A DNA stretch of 64,000 nucleotides from Eledone cirrhosa (Eukaryota), in NCBI GenBank assembly GCA_964016885.1, contig CAXHJY010001349.1:25859-89858 (forward strand), given 5' to 3'. The notes below the pieces were generated by a model. The model did not search any database. It was not told the origin of the DNA and worked only from the letters and a program-made list of their open reading frames with translations. The position numbers and the translations under genes are program-made. Positions 1-13,243 of the stretch are shown here, piece by piece; positions within the stretch are counted from its first letter, which is position 1; each line of letters begins with the position of its first letter.

Positions 1-85
1 TTAAAAGTTCATAGTCCACGGATCAACTGGGATTCAGTATCAGCTGCGTGGACTCTCTGGGAAATGTACGTGTGGATCAAATAGC

Positions 86-580
86 TAGTGGTTGCTGGGT
101 GTCGTCCGTTCGATCTTTTAGTTTCGGGGATTGCACGCGTTTGCGATAGATCAGCCTGCCGGTTCCAAATCCAAGATCTCGCTACATAGGATGGACTGGT
201 CTACATGCCAAAAATACCACAAGAGAGACCCTTTGGATAGCGTAGACGCCGGACCATACCCGCAAATATATACCCTGATCTGTCTTCAATATACAGGGCT
301 GACAGAATATGGATAACACGACCACCATCTAAGCTGGAACCGACCCATACAGCAAACAAAGAGGGGACAGCCCTTCGCATTTGACCAGTCGCGTGTGGGC
401 TTGGGGTTCGTAATATACCACCCCAGTCAAATCTAAACTGGTTTTTTTACCAATATAGCATGTAGACCAGTACATCCTATGTGGCGAGATCTTGGATTTG
501 GAACCGGCAGGCTGATCTATCGCAAACGCGTGCAATCCCCGAAACTAAAAGATCGAACAGACCACACCCAGCAACCACTA
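86..580. repeat. Inverted repeat, 123-bp arms (86-208 / 458-580), 249-bp spacer
   Basis: tagtggttgctgggtgt...ggtctacatgc is the near-exact reverse complement of gcatgtagacc...cagcaaccacta; right arm ends in the TA microsatellite. Confidence 0.9.
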
Positions 581-691
581 TATACATATACGTATATACA
601 TATACATATATACATATATATATACATATATATATACATATACATATATACATATACATATATACATATATATATACATATATATACGTAT

Positions 692-730
<39 letters not shown>

Positions 731-759
731 TATATACATATATATATACATATATATAC

Positions 760-802
<43 letters not shown>

Positions 803-819
803 TATATACATATATATAC

Positions 820-862
<43 letters not shown>

Positions 863-867
863 TATAC

Positions 868-924
<57 letters not shown>

Positions 925-929
925 TATAC

Positions 930-972
<43 letters not shown>

Positions 973-977
973 TATAC

Positions 978-1016
<39 letters not shown>

Positions 1017-1081
1017 TATAAACATATATATATATACATATATATACATGTATATATACATATATATATACATATATATAC

Positions 1082-1120
<39 letters not shown>

Positions 1121-1173
1121 TATACATGTATATATACATATATATATATACATATATATACATGTATATATAC

Positions 1174-1204
<31 letters not shown>

Positions 1205-1205
1205 C

Positions 1206-1270
<65 letters not shown>

Positions 1271-1287
1271 CACATATATATATAGAC

Positions 1288-1318
<31 letters not shown>

Positions 1319-1365
1319 CATATATATATATACACATATATATATAGACATATATATATATATAC

Positions 1366-1412
<47 letters not shown>

Positions 1413-1425
1413 CATATATATATAC

Positions 1426-1458
<33 letters not shown>

Positions 1459-1509
1459 CATATATATATACATATATATATACATATATATATATACATA
1501 TATATATAC

Positions 1510-1560
<51 letters not shown>

Positions 1561-1637
1561 CATATATATATATACATATATATATATACATATATATATA
1601 CATATATATATATACATATATATATACATATATATAC

Positions 1638-1686
<49 letters not shown>

Positions 1687-1697
1687 CATATATATAT
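581..1697. repeat. (TA)n/(TATATACA)n microsatellite
   Basis: Direct reading. Confidence 0.98.
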
Positions 1698-1790
1698 AGT
1701 TGAGCAGTTGAAGTATAAGGACGTGTTTTTACTTCTCTCCCCGAGTAAGCAGCAAGTCACACAGCCACAAAACAAAACCAAACAAACAAA

Positions 1791-1896
1791 AATTGACCGG
1801 TTAATACATTTACATACATCTATATTATTATATATTTGAAAATTGACCGGTTAATACATTTACATACATCTATAATATATTATTATATATTTGAAA
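1791..1896 (+). repeat. ~50-bp direct tandem repeat in the LINE 5'UTR
   Basis: aattgaccggttaatacatttacatacatctata... at 1791 and 1841. Confidence 0.9.
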
Positions 1897-2147
1897 CCAC
1901 GTGTTTTCGAACTTGTGAGTACATTTTCCTTTAACTACAAATTATTATTATATACTTTCGTCTTTTCATTAACTTAATTAATTTCAAATAACCAGAATAT
2001 ACATATATATATATATACTCATATTTATATATATACTCTTCTCACTCACACACAAGAAAAACAAAAAACAAAAATAAATCAAAAATAAATTAAAAAAAAA
2101 TATATATATATTGAAATACTTAACTAAAACACACACTCAAAACTAGA

Positions 2148-3296
2148 ATGGCTAACCAGCAAAAATCCAAACAGAACTGGTCTGATAATGAAATCGACAT
2201 TCTAATAAACACATGGCATTGCCTTACCCAAACAGTAGATATAGATGCTTCATCTCTGAACGACATTGCTAAACGTACAGTTCAATTTTTGAAAACTCGA
2301 TCTGAACAACAGATTCAAAATAAATTAAAGCAAATCGAAATTGCTTTTAAATTAATCAATAAACATTTGGATAAACTACGGTGTGTTTTTTCTTCGAATG
2401 CTGTCCAGCAGCAGCAACAACAACAACAGCAGCTACAACGGCAACAACAACAACAGCTACAACAACAACATCAACAACAGCAACAACAACAACAACAACG
2501 ACAACAACAGTGTGAACCACTCCTTGATTCATCAACAATGGCCGATCTACTAAATGAAACTATTGACCCCCCAGTAGCCTCTGTCTCACAGCATGAAACG
2601 CCACATCCTTTCTCTGGCCCAGCAGTCCAATCATCACCACTGCCAACATCTCTGCCTACTACTACTACTACAACATTTTTGTCTACTGCTATGTCAAGGA
2701 ATTTACCTTCTAATACCAGAACAAGAACTCTCCCTCCCACAGTCCACAAAGGTCGTCAAATCCTACCCAAACCATCATCTACACCTCTCACAACACACAC
2801 ACCCACATACCCACCCACTCGAAACCCCATCATTTGCCGCTACTCTCTACGCTATAGAATATGTACGGATAGTGGCTGCAAATTCACCCATTTACCTAGG
2901 ACAAAACGATCTATCCCCACAAACAGCCACCACCATAATACATACTCTAATTTAACACCAACACAACCACCAATAACTCAAACAAGGAATCCACAAATCT
3001 GCCGCTTTTCCCTGCGAGACAGATTGTGTTTAGACCGGGATTGTCCCTTTACCCATCTCCCGGGGACCCGTCGGACAAATGAAAATAAAATTAAAAATAA
3101 AAACAAAAACAAAAACCATAACCTACATAAAAATAACCACTACCACAGTCACCAACAGTCTTCTAAACAGGAAACTTCTTCCTCTTTTTTAGCCATAATG
3201 AATCTGGCAAAAGTACTGGAAAAAAACATTCGAGCTATCACCCAGCACCACCCTCCACTATCACCCCACTGCACAAACTCCCATTGCTGCCATTAA
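2148..3296 (+). CDS. LINE ORF1: N-terminal Myb/SANT-like domain, polyQ, two C-x8-C-x4-C-x3-H zinc fingers
   Basis: 382-aa ORF; NWSDNEIDILINTW...RSEQQIQNKLKQI resembles the Myb/SANT-like (trihelix/MADF) consensus; CRYSLRYRICTDSGCKFTH and CRFSLRDRLCLDRDCPFTH. Confidence 0.8.
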   Translation: MANQQKSKQNWSDNEIDILINTWHCLTQTVDIDASSLNDIAKRTVQFLKTRSEQQIQNKLKQIEIAFKLINKHLDKLRCVFSSNAVQQQQQQQQQLQRQQQQQLQQQHQQQQQQQQQRQQQCEPLLDSSTMADLLNETIDPPVASVSQHETPHPFSGPAVQSSPLPTSLPTTTTTTFLSTAMSRNLPSNTRTRTLPPTVHKGRQILPKPSSTPLTTHTPTYPPTRNPIICRYSLRYRICTDSGCKFTHLPRTKRSIPTNSHHHNTYSNLTPTQPPITQTRNPQICRFSLRDRLCLDRDCPFTHLPGTRRTNENKIKNKNKNKNHNLHKNNHYHSHQQSSKQETSSSFLAIMNLAKVLEKNIRAITQHHPPLSPHCTNSHCCH

Positions 3297-6200
3297 CAAA
3301 CAAACAAATTAACAACACACCAAAACAATTAAAACCATCCACTCTCGCCTCTACATTTTTGCTTAACGCCCAAGGCATCAGCCCTTCCACCAATACTCAA
3401 AAATGGAAGATCAAATTCCTGGAGGACTGGATTGATGTCCATCCAAACCACATGCCCTTCTTCGTCCTCACTGAAACCCATCTCAGTAACCTCCACTTGG
3501 AAGCCGAGGTGAAAGTGAAAAATTTCAAAGCCATCCGTGCTGATCGCGCTGGCAGAAGAAAGGGCGGAACTGCTATTTATGTCCATAATTCTTTCTCAAC
3601 AGAGGCTATGAACATATTCACTAATGGATACTGTGAGGCAGTCACTGAATTCAGTCAAACCAACAACCTATTAGTAGTTGGGCTCTATAGGCCACCCCAA
3701 ACGCCTGTACCATGCTTCAAGGAATGCCTCAACAGCATAAAGTGTTTCATCCAAGAGTGTCACCCTGACAACATCTTAATGATGGGGGACTTCAACCTCC
3801 CCGGAGTTGACTGGTCCACAAACAGCCTGCCACCAGGTTCTTCTGCCTCAACCTCTGACAGGGAAGCTGTGGAATCGCTTCTTGACTTCATGGATGATTT
3901 CTTCCTATCCCAACTGGTGCTCGAACCAACGAGGTGCCACAAAAACGTCCTAGACTTAATTTTCAGCAATCACACTGACAATATCCACAATATTGCAGTG
4001 GAGAAAACTCTACTCTCTGATCATGACATGGTTCTCTGTGATCTGAGATTCCACCGTCCAATATACAAACCCAATGTCATCTCTCCTGTCCATCCGTTTG
4101 ACGCTATGGATTTCCATAATGCAAACTGGGAAGCGATCAGTCATGATCTTGCACATGTCGACTGGTCCTTCACGCACACTCATACACCCACTAACATCAA
4201 AAAGTCCTGGCAGACATTTGTGGACACTGTTACAAACATATGTGCTAAACACACCCCATTAAGAACTATAAACAAATCTAAGAGCAGAATCCCTAGAAAT
4301 AGAAAAACGCTCATCAGAAAAATTAAGAGAACGAACAAAAAAATCAACAAGCTGAAATACTGTCAGCAGCAACACATCAACTTAACTGCCATTTCATCAC
4401 TAGAGATTAAAAAACATAACCTCCAAAACAACATAATGTCCCTCATCAACAATCAGAGAAGAGCTGACGAGGCCTGGGCCATTGAGAAGATCAAACTCAA
4501 TCCCAAAGTGTTCTTTTCATTTGCAAAAAAACACAAAATCACTGGCTCTACTGTTGGCCCTCTAATTGATGAAAATGGCACTCTTCAAGACAATGCTAAA
4601 ACCATGGGTGAGATACTGCAGAAACAATACTGCTCTGTTTTCAGCAATCCTGATATGGCCGATCTGGACTGTATCGGCGATGTTACTCCCCATTACACCT
4701 TATCGGACATAACGTTTGGCGCCCCTGATGTCTTGGCGGCAATAAAGGAAATCAAGCATAATTCAGCAGTAGGTCCCGATAGGTTCCCTGCTTGTGTCTT
4801 GAAGGCGTGTCAACACCAACTTGCATCTCCTCTTGCCAATCTGTGGCGGAACTCACTGGATGCTGGATATGTGCCAGAAAACCTTCTATCCCAGTCTGTT
4901 GTCCCAGTTTTCAAAAAGGGAAACAAATCCCTTGCCGTGAATTACCGTCCAATCTCACTCACCTCTCATATCATTAAGGTATTTGAGAGAGTGGTGAGAT
5001 CGCGAATGACCTACTTCCTTGAGAGTAACAATATGCTGAAATCCAACCAGCATGGATTCCGTAATGGAAGGGATTGCCTGACGCAGCTAGTGCATCACTT
5101 TGATGACATTTTGAGAGCCTTGGGAGAGGGTTCCAACACTGATGTTATCTACCTTGATTTCAGCAAGGCCTTTGACAGGGTTGATCATAACATTCTACTG
5201 AGAAAGCTGTCCAATATTGGTGTCACTGGAAAGCTGCTGCAGTGGATCAAGAGCTTCCTGTCAAACAGAACCCAACATGTTGTAGTTGAGGGAGTCAAAT
5301 CCAGCCCAGCCAAAGTCAGTAGTGGGGTCCCACAAGGCACTGTGTTGGGCCCACTTCTCTTCATCATCTATATTAATGACATCACTGACATCATCAAACA
5401 CAGCAACATTAAAATTTTCGCTGATGATTCCAAGCTCCAAAAGGTCATCAATGGCGTGGATGACCGGATAAGCCTTCAGTCAGACCTACTGGCTGTTACC
5501 CAATGGGCGGAAAAGAACAACATGTTACTGAACGAAGACAAATTCGAACTGATCCACTTTGGAAAAGAGGATGCTCTGAAACTCCCGTACTCCCTTCCCT
5601 CCGGGGAAACTCTCGTGGCATCTAACAACATCAGAGACTTGGGAGTAACCGTGGACAGCAACATAAGCTGGACCACGCATATAAGCAGCAAAGTTGACAT
5701 GGCCCGCAGAATGTGTTCCTGGATCCTCAGAACCTTCCAGTCGAGAGATTCCCGCACCATTATCCTTCTCTTCTCTACTTTTGCCCGACCACACCTTGAA
5801 TACTGTTGTCCACTGTGGTCTCCCCACACGAAACAAAGTATCATGAAACTTGAAGCTCCTCAAAGGGCAATCACGAAAAAGATAGATGGCATGTCAGACC
5901 TTGACTACTGGGGTCGATTAGAAAACCTGAAACTTTACTCACTCCAACGTCGCCGTGAGCGTTATATTATCTGCATGATGTGGAAAATGTTCCATCATCA
6001 CTGCCCAAATGATGTTGGCATCGCCTTCAAGATACACCCAAGGCTTGGGCCCCGTGCTATCCGTCCCATTCAAAAATCTAAATCGCAACTCATAACAACA
6101 ATACGGCACAATTATTTCACCTCAATCGGCCCTGCTCTCTTCAACATCACACCAGGTCACGTCAAAACAGAAACTGACCACACAAAATTCAAGAAGTCTT

Positions 6201-6304
6201 TGGACAAATTCCTCCAAGTAATCCCGGACAAACCACCCACACCCGGATATGTCTCCGCAAACAGTAATTCTCTTCTCGAATGGGCCATGGTGCCCAAATC
6301 CTGA
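3284..6304 (+). CDS. LINE ORF2: apurinic-like endonuclease plus reverse transcriptase (start uncertain, frame open from 3167)
   Basis: APE motifs LLNAQG, LTETH, GLYRPP, MGDFNLP, LDLIF, SDHD; RT motifs NYRPISLTS, QHGFR, YLDFSKAFD, GVPQGTVLGP, FADD; no stops over 1006 aa. Confidence 0.95.
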   Translation: MLPLTNKQINNTPKQLKPSTLASTFLLNAQGISPSTNTQKWKIKFLEDWIDVHPNHMPFFVLTETHLSNLHLEAEVKVKNFKAIRADRAGRRKGGTAIYVHNSFSTEAMNIFTNGYCEAVTEFSQTNNLLVVGLYRPPQTPVPCFKECLNSIKCFIQECHPDNILMMGDFNLPGVDWSTNSLPPGSSASTSDREAVESLLDFMDDFFLSQLVLEPTRCHKNVLDLIFSNHTDNIHNIAVEKTLLSDHDMVLCDLRFHRPIYKPNVISPVHPFDAMDFHNANWEAISHDLAHVDWSFTHTHTPTNIKKSWQTFVDTVTNICAKHTPLRTINKSKSRIPRNRKTLIRKIKRTNKKINKLKYCQQQHINLTAISSLEIKKHNLQNNIMSLINNQRRADEAWAIEKIKLNPKVFFSFAKKHKITGSTVGPLIDENGTLQDNAKTMGEILQKQYCSVFSNPDMADLDCIGDVTPHYTLSDITFGAPDVLAAIKEIKHNSAVGPDRFPACVLKACQHQLASPLANLWRNSLDAGYVPENLLSQSVVPVFKKGNKSLAVNYRPISLTSHIIKVFERVVRSRMTYFLESNNMLKSNQHGFRNGRDCLTQLVHHFDDILRALGEGSNTDVIYLDFSKAFDRVDHNILLRKLSNIGVTGKLLQWIKSFLSNRTQHVVVEGVKSSPAKVSSGVPQGTVLGPLLFIIYINDITDIIKHSNIKIFADDSKLQKVINGVDDRISLQSDLLAVTQWAEKNNMLLNEDKFELIHFGKEDALKLPYSLPSGETLVASNNIRDLGVTVDSNISWTTHISSKVDMARRMCSWILRTFQSRDSRTIILLFSTFARPHLEYCCPLWSPHTKQSIMKLEAPQRAITKKIDGMSDLDYWGRLENLKLYSLQRRRERYIICMMWKMFHHHCPNDVGIAFKIHPRLGPRAIRPIQKSKSQLITTIRHNYFTSIGPALFNITPGHVKTETDHTKFKKSLDKFLQVIPDKPPTPGYVSANSNSLLEWAMVPKS

Positions 6305-6449
6305 ATTGAAAGACTTCGCCAGGTGGTGCTATTAAGTTAGACATGGCCTGGGCCAATACTGGCCAAAACATTTCAAAGTTATTCAAAGTTATATATATAT
6401 ATATAAGAGGGTGTTAAAGTTTGCTTGAAGCATTGTGAAATGTGTAAAA

Positions 6450-6797
6450 ATACGTATTTAAGAAAGCCACAACAATGCAAAGGGAAATCTCGAGGTAGGA
6501 AGTGAAATATAGATAGGAAAAACAGGTGAAAGTGAAAATTGAGAGAGACAAAGATGAAAACAAAACAAAGGTAGAAGGGTTACCGTAGTAGAGATTTAAT
6601 CCCAATATTTCGGACTCACGCCCATCAACGGGGGAAAAGTTCCAAAAGGGGGGAAACAGGCCAAGCGGAGAAAGTTGTGATGTCGTTAAGCCAGGAATGC
6701 TCTCTCAATTTTCGCTTTCACCTGTTTTTCCTATCTATATTTCACTTCCTACCTCGAGATTTCCCTTTGCATTGTTGTGGCTTTCTTAAATACGTAT
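6450..6797. repeat. Inverted repeat, 98-bp arms (6450-6547 / 6700-6797), probable Penelope pLTR remnant
   Basis: atacgtatttaagaaagcc...aattgagagag vs ctctctcaatt...ggctttcttaaatacgtat; right arm ends in a TA tract; pLTR origin is inference. Confidence 0.8.
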
Positions 6798-6800
6798 ATA

Positions 6801-6860
<60 letters not shown>

Positions 6861-6867
6861 TATATAC

Positions 6868-6899
<32 letters not shown>

Positions 6900-6900
6900 G

Positions 6901-6948
<48 letters not shown>

Positions 6949-6949
6949 C

Positions 6950-6994
<45 letters not shown>

Positions 6995-7041
6995 TACATA
7001 TATATATATATACATATATATATACATATATATATATATAC

Positions 7042-7088
<47 letters not shown>

Positions 7089-7158
7089 CATATATATATA
7101 CATATATATATACATATATATATATATACATATATATACATATATATATATACAGATA

Positions 7159-7241
<83 letters not shown>

Positions 7242-7311
7242 ATATACATATAAATATATATATATATATAAGTATATATATATATAAATATATATATATA
7301 TACATATAAAT

Positions 7312-7342
<31 letters not shown>

Positions 7343-7423
7343 CATATATATACATTTATATATATAAATATATATATATATAAATATATATATATATACA
7401 TATATATACATATATATATATAA

Positions 7424-7454
<31 letters not shown>

Positions 7455-7482
7455 AATATATATATAAATATATATATATATA
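6798..7482. repeat. (TA)n-type microsatellite
   Basis: Direct reading. Confidence 0.98.
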
Positions 7483-7539
7483 TACAATATTAAATAACAA
7501 TATTAAATAAATGGAAAACTATATTTATAAAACCATATT

Positions 7540-7605
7540 TATTTCATTATATATATTTCGGGGATATCATATTAACAATATGCTATGCCTTCATCAGACA
7601 AAATA
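7540..7605 (-). ncRNA. Type I hammerhead ribozyme (weak stem I, A-C at the base of stem II)
   Basis: Minus strand: UAUUUUGU CUGAUGA AGGCAUAGCAUAUU guu AAUAUGAUAUCCCC GAAA UAUAUA UA AUGAAAUA. Confidence 0.6.
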
Positions 7606-7968
7606 CAATATAAACAGTTTTATAGATAAATATATTCGACATACCGTAATAAACATCAACTTCATTTGAAGAGGTTTAGTCTAGCAGTGAAAATACAGAG
7701 AGAAAGAAAGAGAGAAAGAAAAGAGGGAAAAAACGAAAGAAAGAAAGACAAAACGAAGAAAAGGAAGAAAAAGAAGAAAAAGAAAAAGAAGAAATGCATG
7801 GAACAAAATAGAGAGATGGAAAAATAGATAAAGTGAAGAGCTTCATGTAAAGAGACAGAAAGATATATATATATATAGAGAGAGAGGAAATAGAGATAGA
7901 TACATATATATATATATAGAAAATTAGGTAGTGGGAGGTCATTTTGAGTAAGTGTATCAATGATACAT

Positions 7969-8003
<35 letters not shown>

Positions 8004-8827
8004 GCTCAAGTATTAATGTAAGGGAGATATATAGAGAGATATAGAGAGATATAGAGAGAGAAAAAAATTTAAAAATATCCAGACATATTCGAGGCGTAGA
8101 AAACCCTATGTTTTAATGTATTAGTATTTATAAAACTTACACTACACTGTAAATATCAGTATTCCTGAATGAAACAAGTATTCACAATGTGTGAAAATTG
8201 ATTATCTTATGTTTAGTTTTAAAAATTCATATGTCTATGTGACAGCTACAAATCTCAATGTGAATCCAACTGATTCACTCCGCAAACTCTAAGTTATCGG
8301 AAAACATTCTCAATGTGGTATAAAAATTTGAGCGTATTATTATTCTTGCGATTACTCTACAAGATTATCTATCAAGCAGAAATAGAGAGCAGATTTCAAT
8401 ATACTAATCGAAAATATATATTATATTATAAACATAATAATAAGTAAAAATATAGAATAGAAAACTAAAAAAATATTACGAAAGAATATTACATAATAAA
8501 AATATTGCATATTAAAAATACTACGTATTAAAAAATATTACGTATTAAAGATTTACATATAAAAATTTACATATAAAAATATACATATAAAAATTTACAT
8601 ATAAAAATTTACATATAAAAATATATAAAAATATTAAAAAAAAAAAAAATAAATAAATAAAATAAAAATAAAAATATTATAGAATACTACAATACTAAAA
8701 GAGTAAAAGTAAAAATAAAAATAAAAATAAAAATAAAAATAAAAATAAAAATAAAAATAAAAATAAAAATAAAAATGAAAATAAAAATAAACCACAAAAA
8801 AAAAAAAAATTTTTATTTTTATTTTTA

Positions 8828-8858
<31 letters not shown>

Positions 8859-9560
8859 TTTACTTTTATTCTTTTAGTATTGTAGTATTCTATAATATTT
8901 TTATTTTTATTTTATTTATTTTTTTTTAAATATTTTTATATATTTTTATATGTAAATTTTTATATGTAAATTTTTATATGTATATTTTTATATGTAAATT
9001 TTTATATGTAAATCTTTAATACGTAATATTTTTTAATACGTAGTATTTTTAATATGCAATATTTTTATTATGTAATATTCTTTCGTAATATTTTTTTAGT
9101 TTTCTATTCTATATTTTTACTTATTATTATGTTTATAATATAATATATATTTTCGATTAGTATATTGAAATCTGCTCTCTATTTCTGCTTGATAGATAAT
9201 CTTGTAGAGTAATCGCAATAATAATAATACGCTCAAATTTTTATACCACATTGAGAATGTTTTCCGATAACTTAGAGTTTGCGGAGTGAATCAGTTGGAT
9301 TCACATTGAGATTTGTAGCTGTCACATAGACATATGAATTTTAAAAACTAAACATAAGATAATCAATTTTCACACATTGTGAATACTTGTTTCATTCAGG
9401 AATACTGATATTTACAGTGTAGTGTAAGTTTTATAAATACTAATACATTAAAACATAGGGTTTTCTACGCCTCGAATATGTCTGGATATTTTTAAATTTT
9501 TTTCTCTCTCTATATCTCTCTATATCTTTCTATATATCTCCCTTACATTAATACTTGAGC

Positions 9561-9595
<35 letters not shown>

Positions 9596-9966
9596 ATGTA
9601 TCATTGATACACTTACTCAAAATGACCTCCCACTACCTAATTTTCTATATATATATATATGTATCTATCTCTATTTCCTCTCTCTCTCTATATATATATA
9701 TATATCTTTCTGTCTCTTTACATGAAGCTCTTCACTTTATCTATTTTTCCATCTCTCTATTTTGTTCCATGCATTTCTTCTTTTTCTTTTTCTTCTTTTT
9801 CTTCCTTTTCTTCGTTTTGTCTTTCTTTCTTTCTTTCGTTTTTTCCCTCTTTTCTTTCTCTCTTTCTTTCTCTCTGTATTTTCACTGCTAGACTAAACCT
9901 CTTCAAATGAAGTTGATGTTTATTACGGTATGTCGAATATATTTATCTATAAAACTGTTTATATTG

Positions 9967-10032
9967 TATTTTGTCTGATGAAGGCATAGCATATTGTTAA
10001 TATGATATCACCGAAATATATATAATGAAATA
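9967..10032 (+). ncRNA. Type I hammerhead ribozyme, mirror copy
   Basis: CUGAUGA at 9975-9981, GAAA at 10013-10016, palindromic stem III AUAUAUAU, stem I tattttgt/atgaaata. Confidence 0.6.
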
Positions 10033-10170
10033 AATAGGTTTTATAAATATAGTTTTCCATTTATTTAATATTATTTAATATTGTAAATATACTCCAAATA
10101 TTTGTCGAGTGCTTTTATATCAGTTATAAATATTTACTAGTTGTAACCCAACAATTTTAAATATAACTTT

Positions 10171-11808
<1,638 letters not shown>

Positions 11809-11970
11809 AGTATTAGTTATACTATTTATGGTTATGTAAATACAAAACCTTAAGCAGTTGTAAGTATTTTACACACACCCTAAATAGTGGTAGGCAGTAA
11901 TGTATTACTACCTTATTACCAGTAAGTTAAGTAGCTCAATGTAAAGACATCAGATGATTTACAGAGCAGT

Positions 11971-12108
11971 TATATGAAATATAAGAATCAAAGAACTGTT
12001 CAAAACATTATTGTGCTTACAGCTGTTTCCTCCAAACCTCGGTTTGGAGGAAACAGCTGTAAGCACAATAATGTTTTGAACTGTTCTTTGATTCTTATAT
12101 TTCATATA
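11971..12108. repeat. 138-bp palindrome (one mismatch, 2-nt loop) centred on an HHR stem II
   Basis: Apex tccaaacc-tc-ggtttgga at 12031-12048, followed by g GAAA CAGCUG UA agcac; same stem II as the HHR at 24302. Confidence 0.9.
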
Positions 12109-12120
12109 TTTCATATTTCA

Positions 12121-12143
12121 TACATATATATATATATATATAC

Positions 12144-12174
<31 letters not shown>

Positions 12175-12319
12175 CATATATATATACATATATATATACA
12201 TATATATATATACATATCTATATACATATATATATACATACATATATACATATATATATACATACATATATATATATACATATATATATACAAATATATA
12301 TATATACATATATATATAC

Positions 12320-12367
<48 letters not shown>

Positions 12368-12653
12368 ACATATATATATACATATATATATATACATATA
12401 AACTAACCACGGAGTTTGAGGCAATCCATATATATATACATATATATATATACATATATATATATACATATATATATATACATATACATATATATATACA
12501 TATATATATATACATATACATATATATATATATACATATATATATATACATATACATATATACATATATATATATACATATATATACATATATATATATA
12601 CATATATATATATACATATATATACATATATATATATATATACATATATATAC

Positions 12654-12684
<31 letters not shown>

Positions 12685-13150
12685 CATATATATACATATA
12701 TATATACATATATATATACATATATATATACATATATATATACATATATATATACATATATACATACGTGGGAAAGTGAAAATTCGGAGAATAGACCGTT
12801 AAAACATGTTTATTTAAAATAACACCTACGTACGTTTCGCCCAGTTGGGCTTCTCAACTGGGCGAAACGTACGTAGGTGATATTTTAAATAAACATGTTT
12901 TAACGGTCTATTATCCGGTTTTTCACTTTCCCACGTGCTTACGCTCTGCTAACTCTCTAGCCCACTAAATATTAACACTTCGAATATTTAATACTGCCGG
13001 CACTAGTATCGAGCAGCTTTGGCATACGCTACTTGGCAAATAACTATATGTATCACCTATCCCTCCTTTTTCTCTCTTTCTCGATACGTAAATACTATAT
13101 ATATACATATATATATATATACATATATATATACATATATATATATATAC

Positions 13151-13201
<51 letters not shown>

Positions 13202-13212
13202 CACATATATAC

Positions 13213-13243
<31 letters not shown>

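Larger units (their letters stand above)
1698..6390 (+). mobile_element. Full-length CR1-group (CR1/L2/Crack-like) non-LTR retrotransposon inserted in a TA tract
   Basis: 5'UTR, ORF1, APE-RT ORF2, short 3'UTR ending in tandem ttcaaagtta x2; TA repeats on both sides; exact clade not determined. Confidence 0.9.
7483..10085. repeat. ~2.6-kb near-perfect palindrome (arms ~1.3 kb, apex ~8790-8810), non-coding, HHR near each outer end
   Basis: Arms reverse-complementary along their length; mirrored ORFs 7676-7960(-) and 9604-9891(+). Confidence 0.93.

Noticed and set aside
13-80. Hairpin agtccacg/cgtggact followed by GAAAUGUACGUG
   Set aside because: No CUGANGA in the window and a non-cleavable triplet
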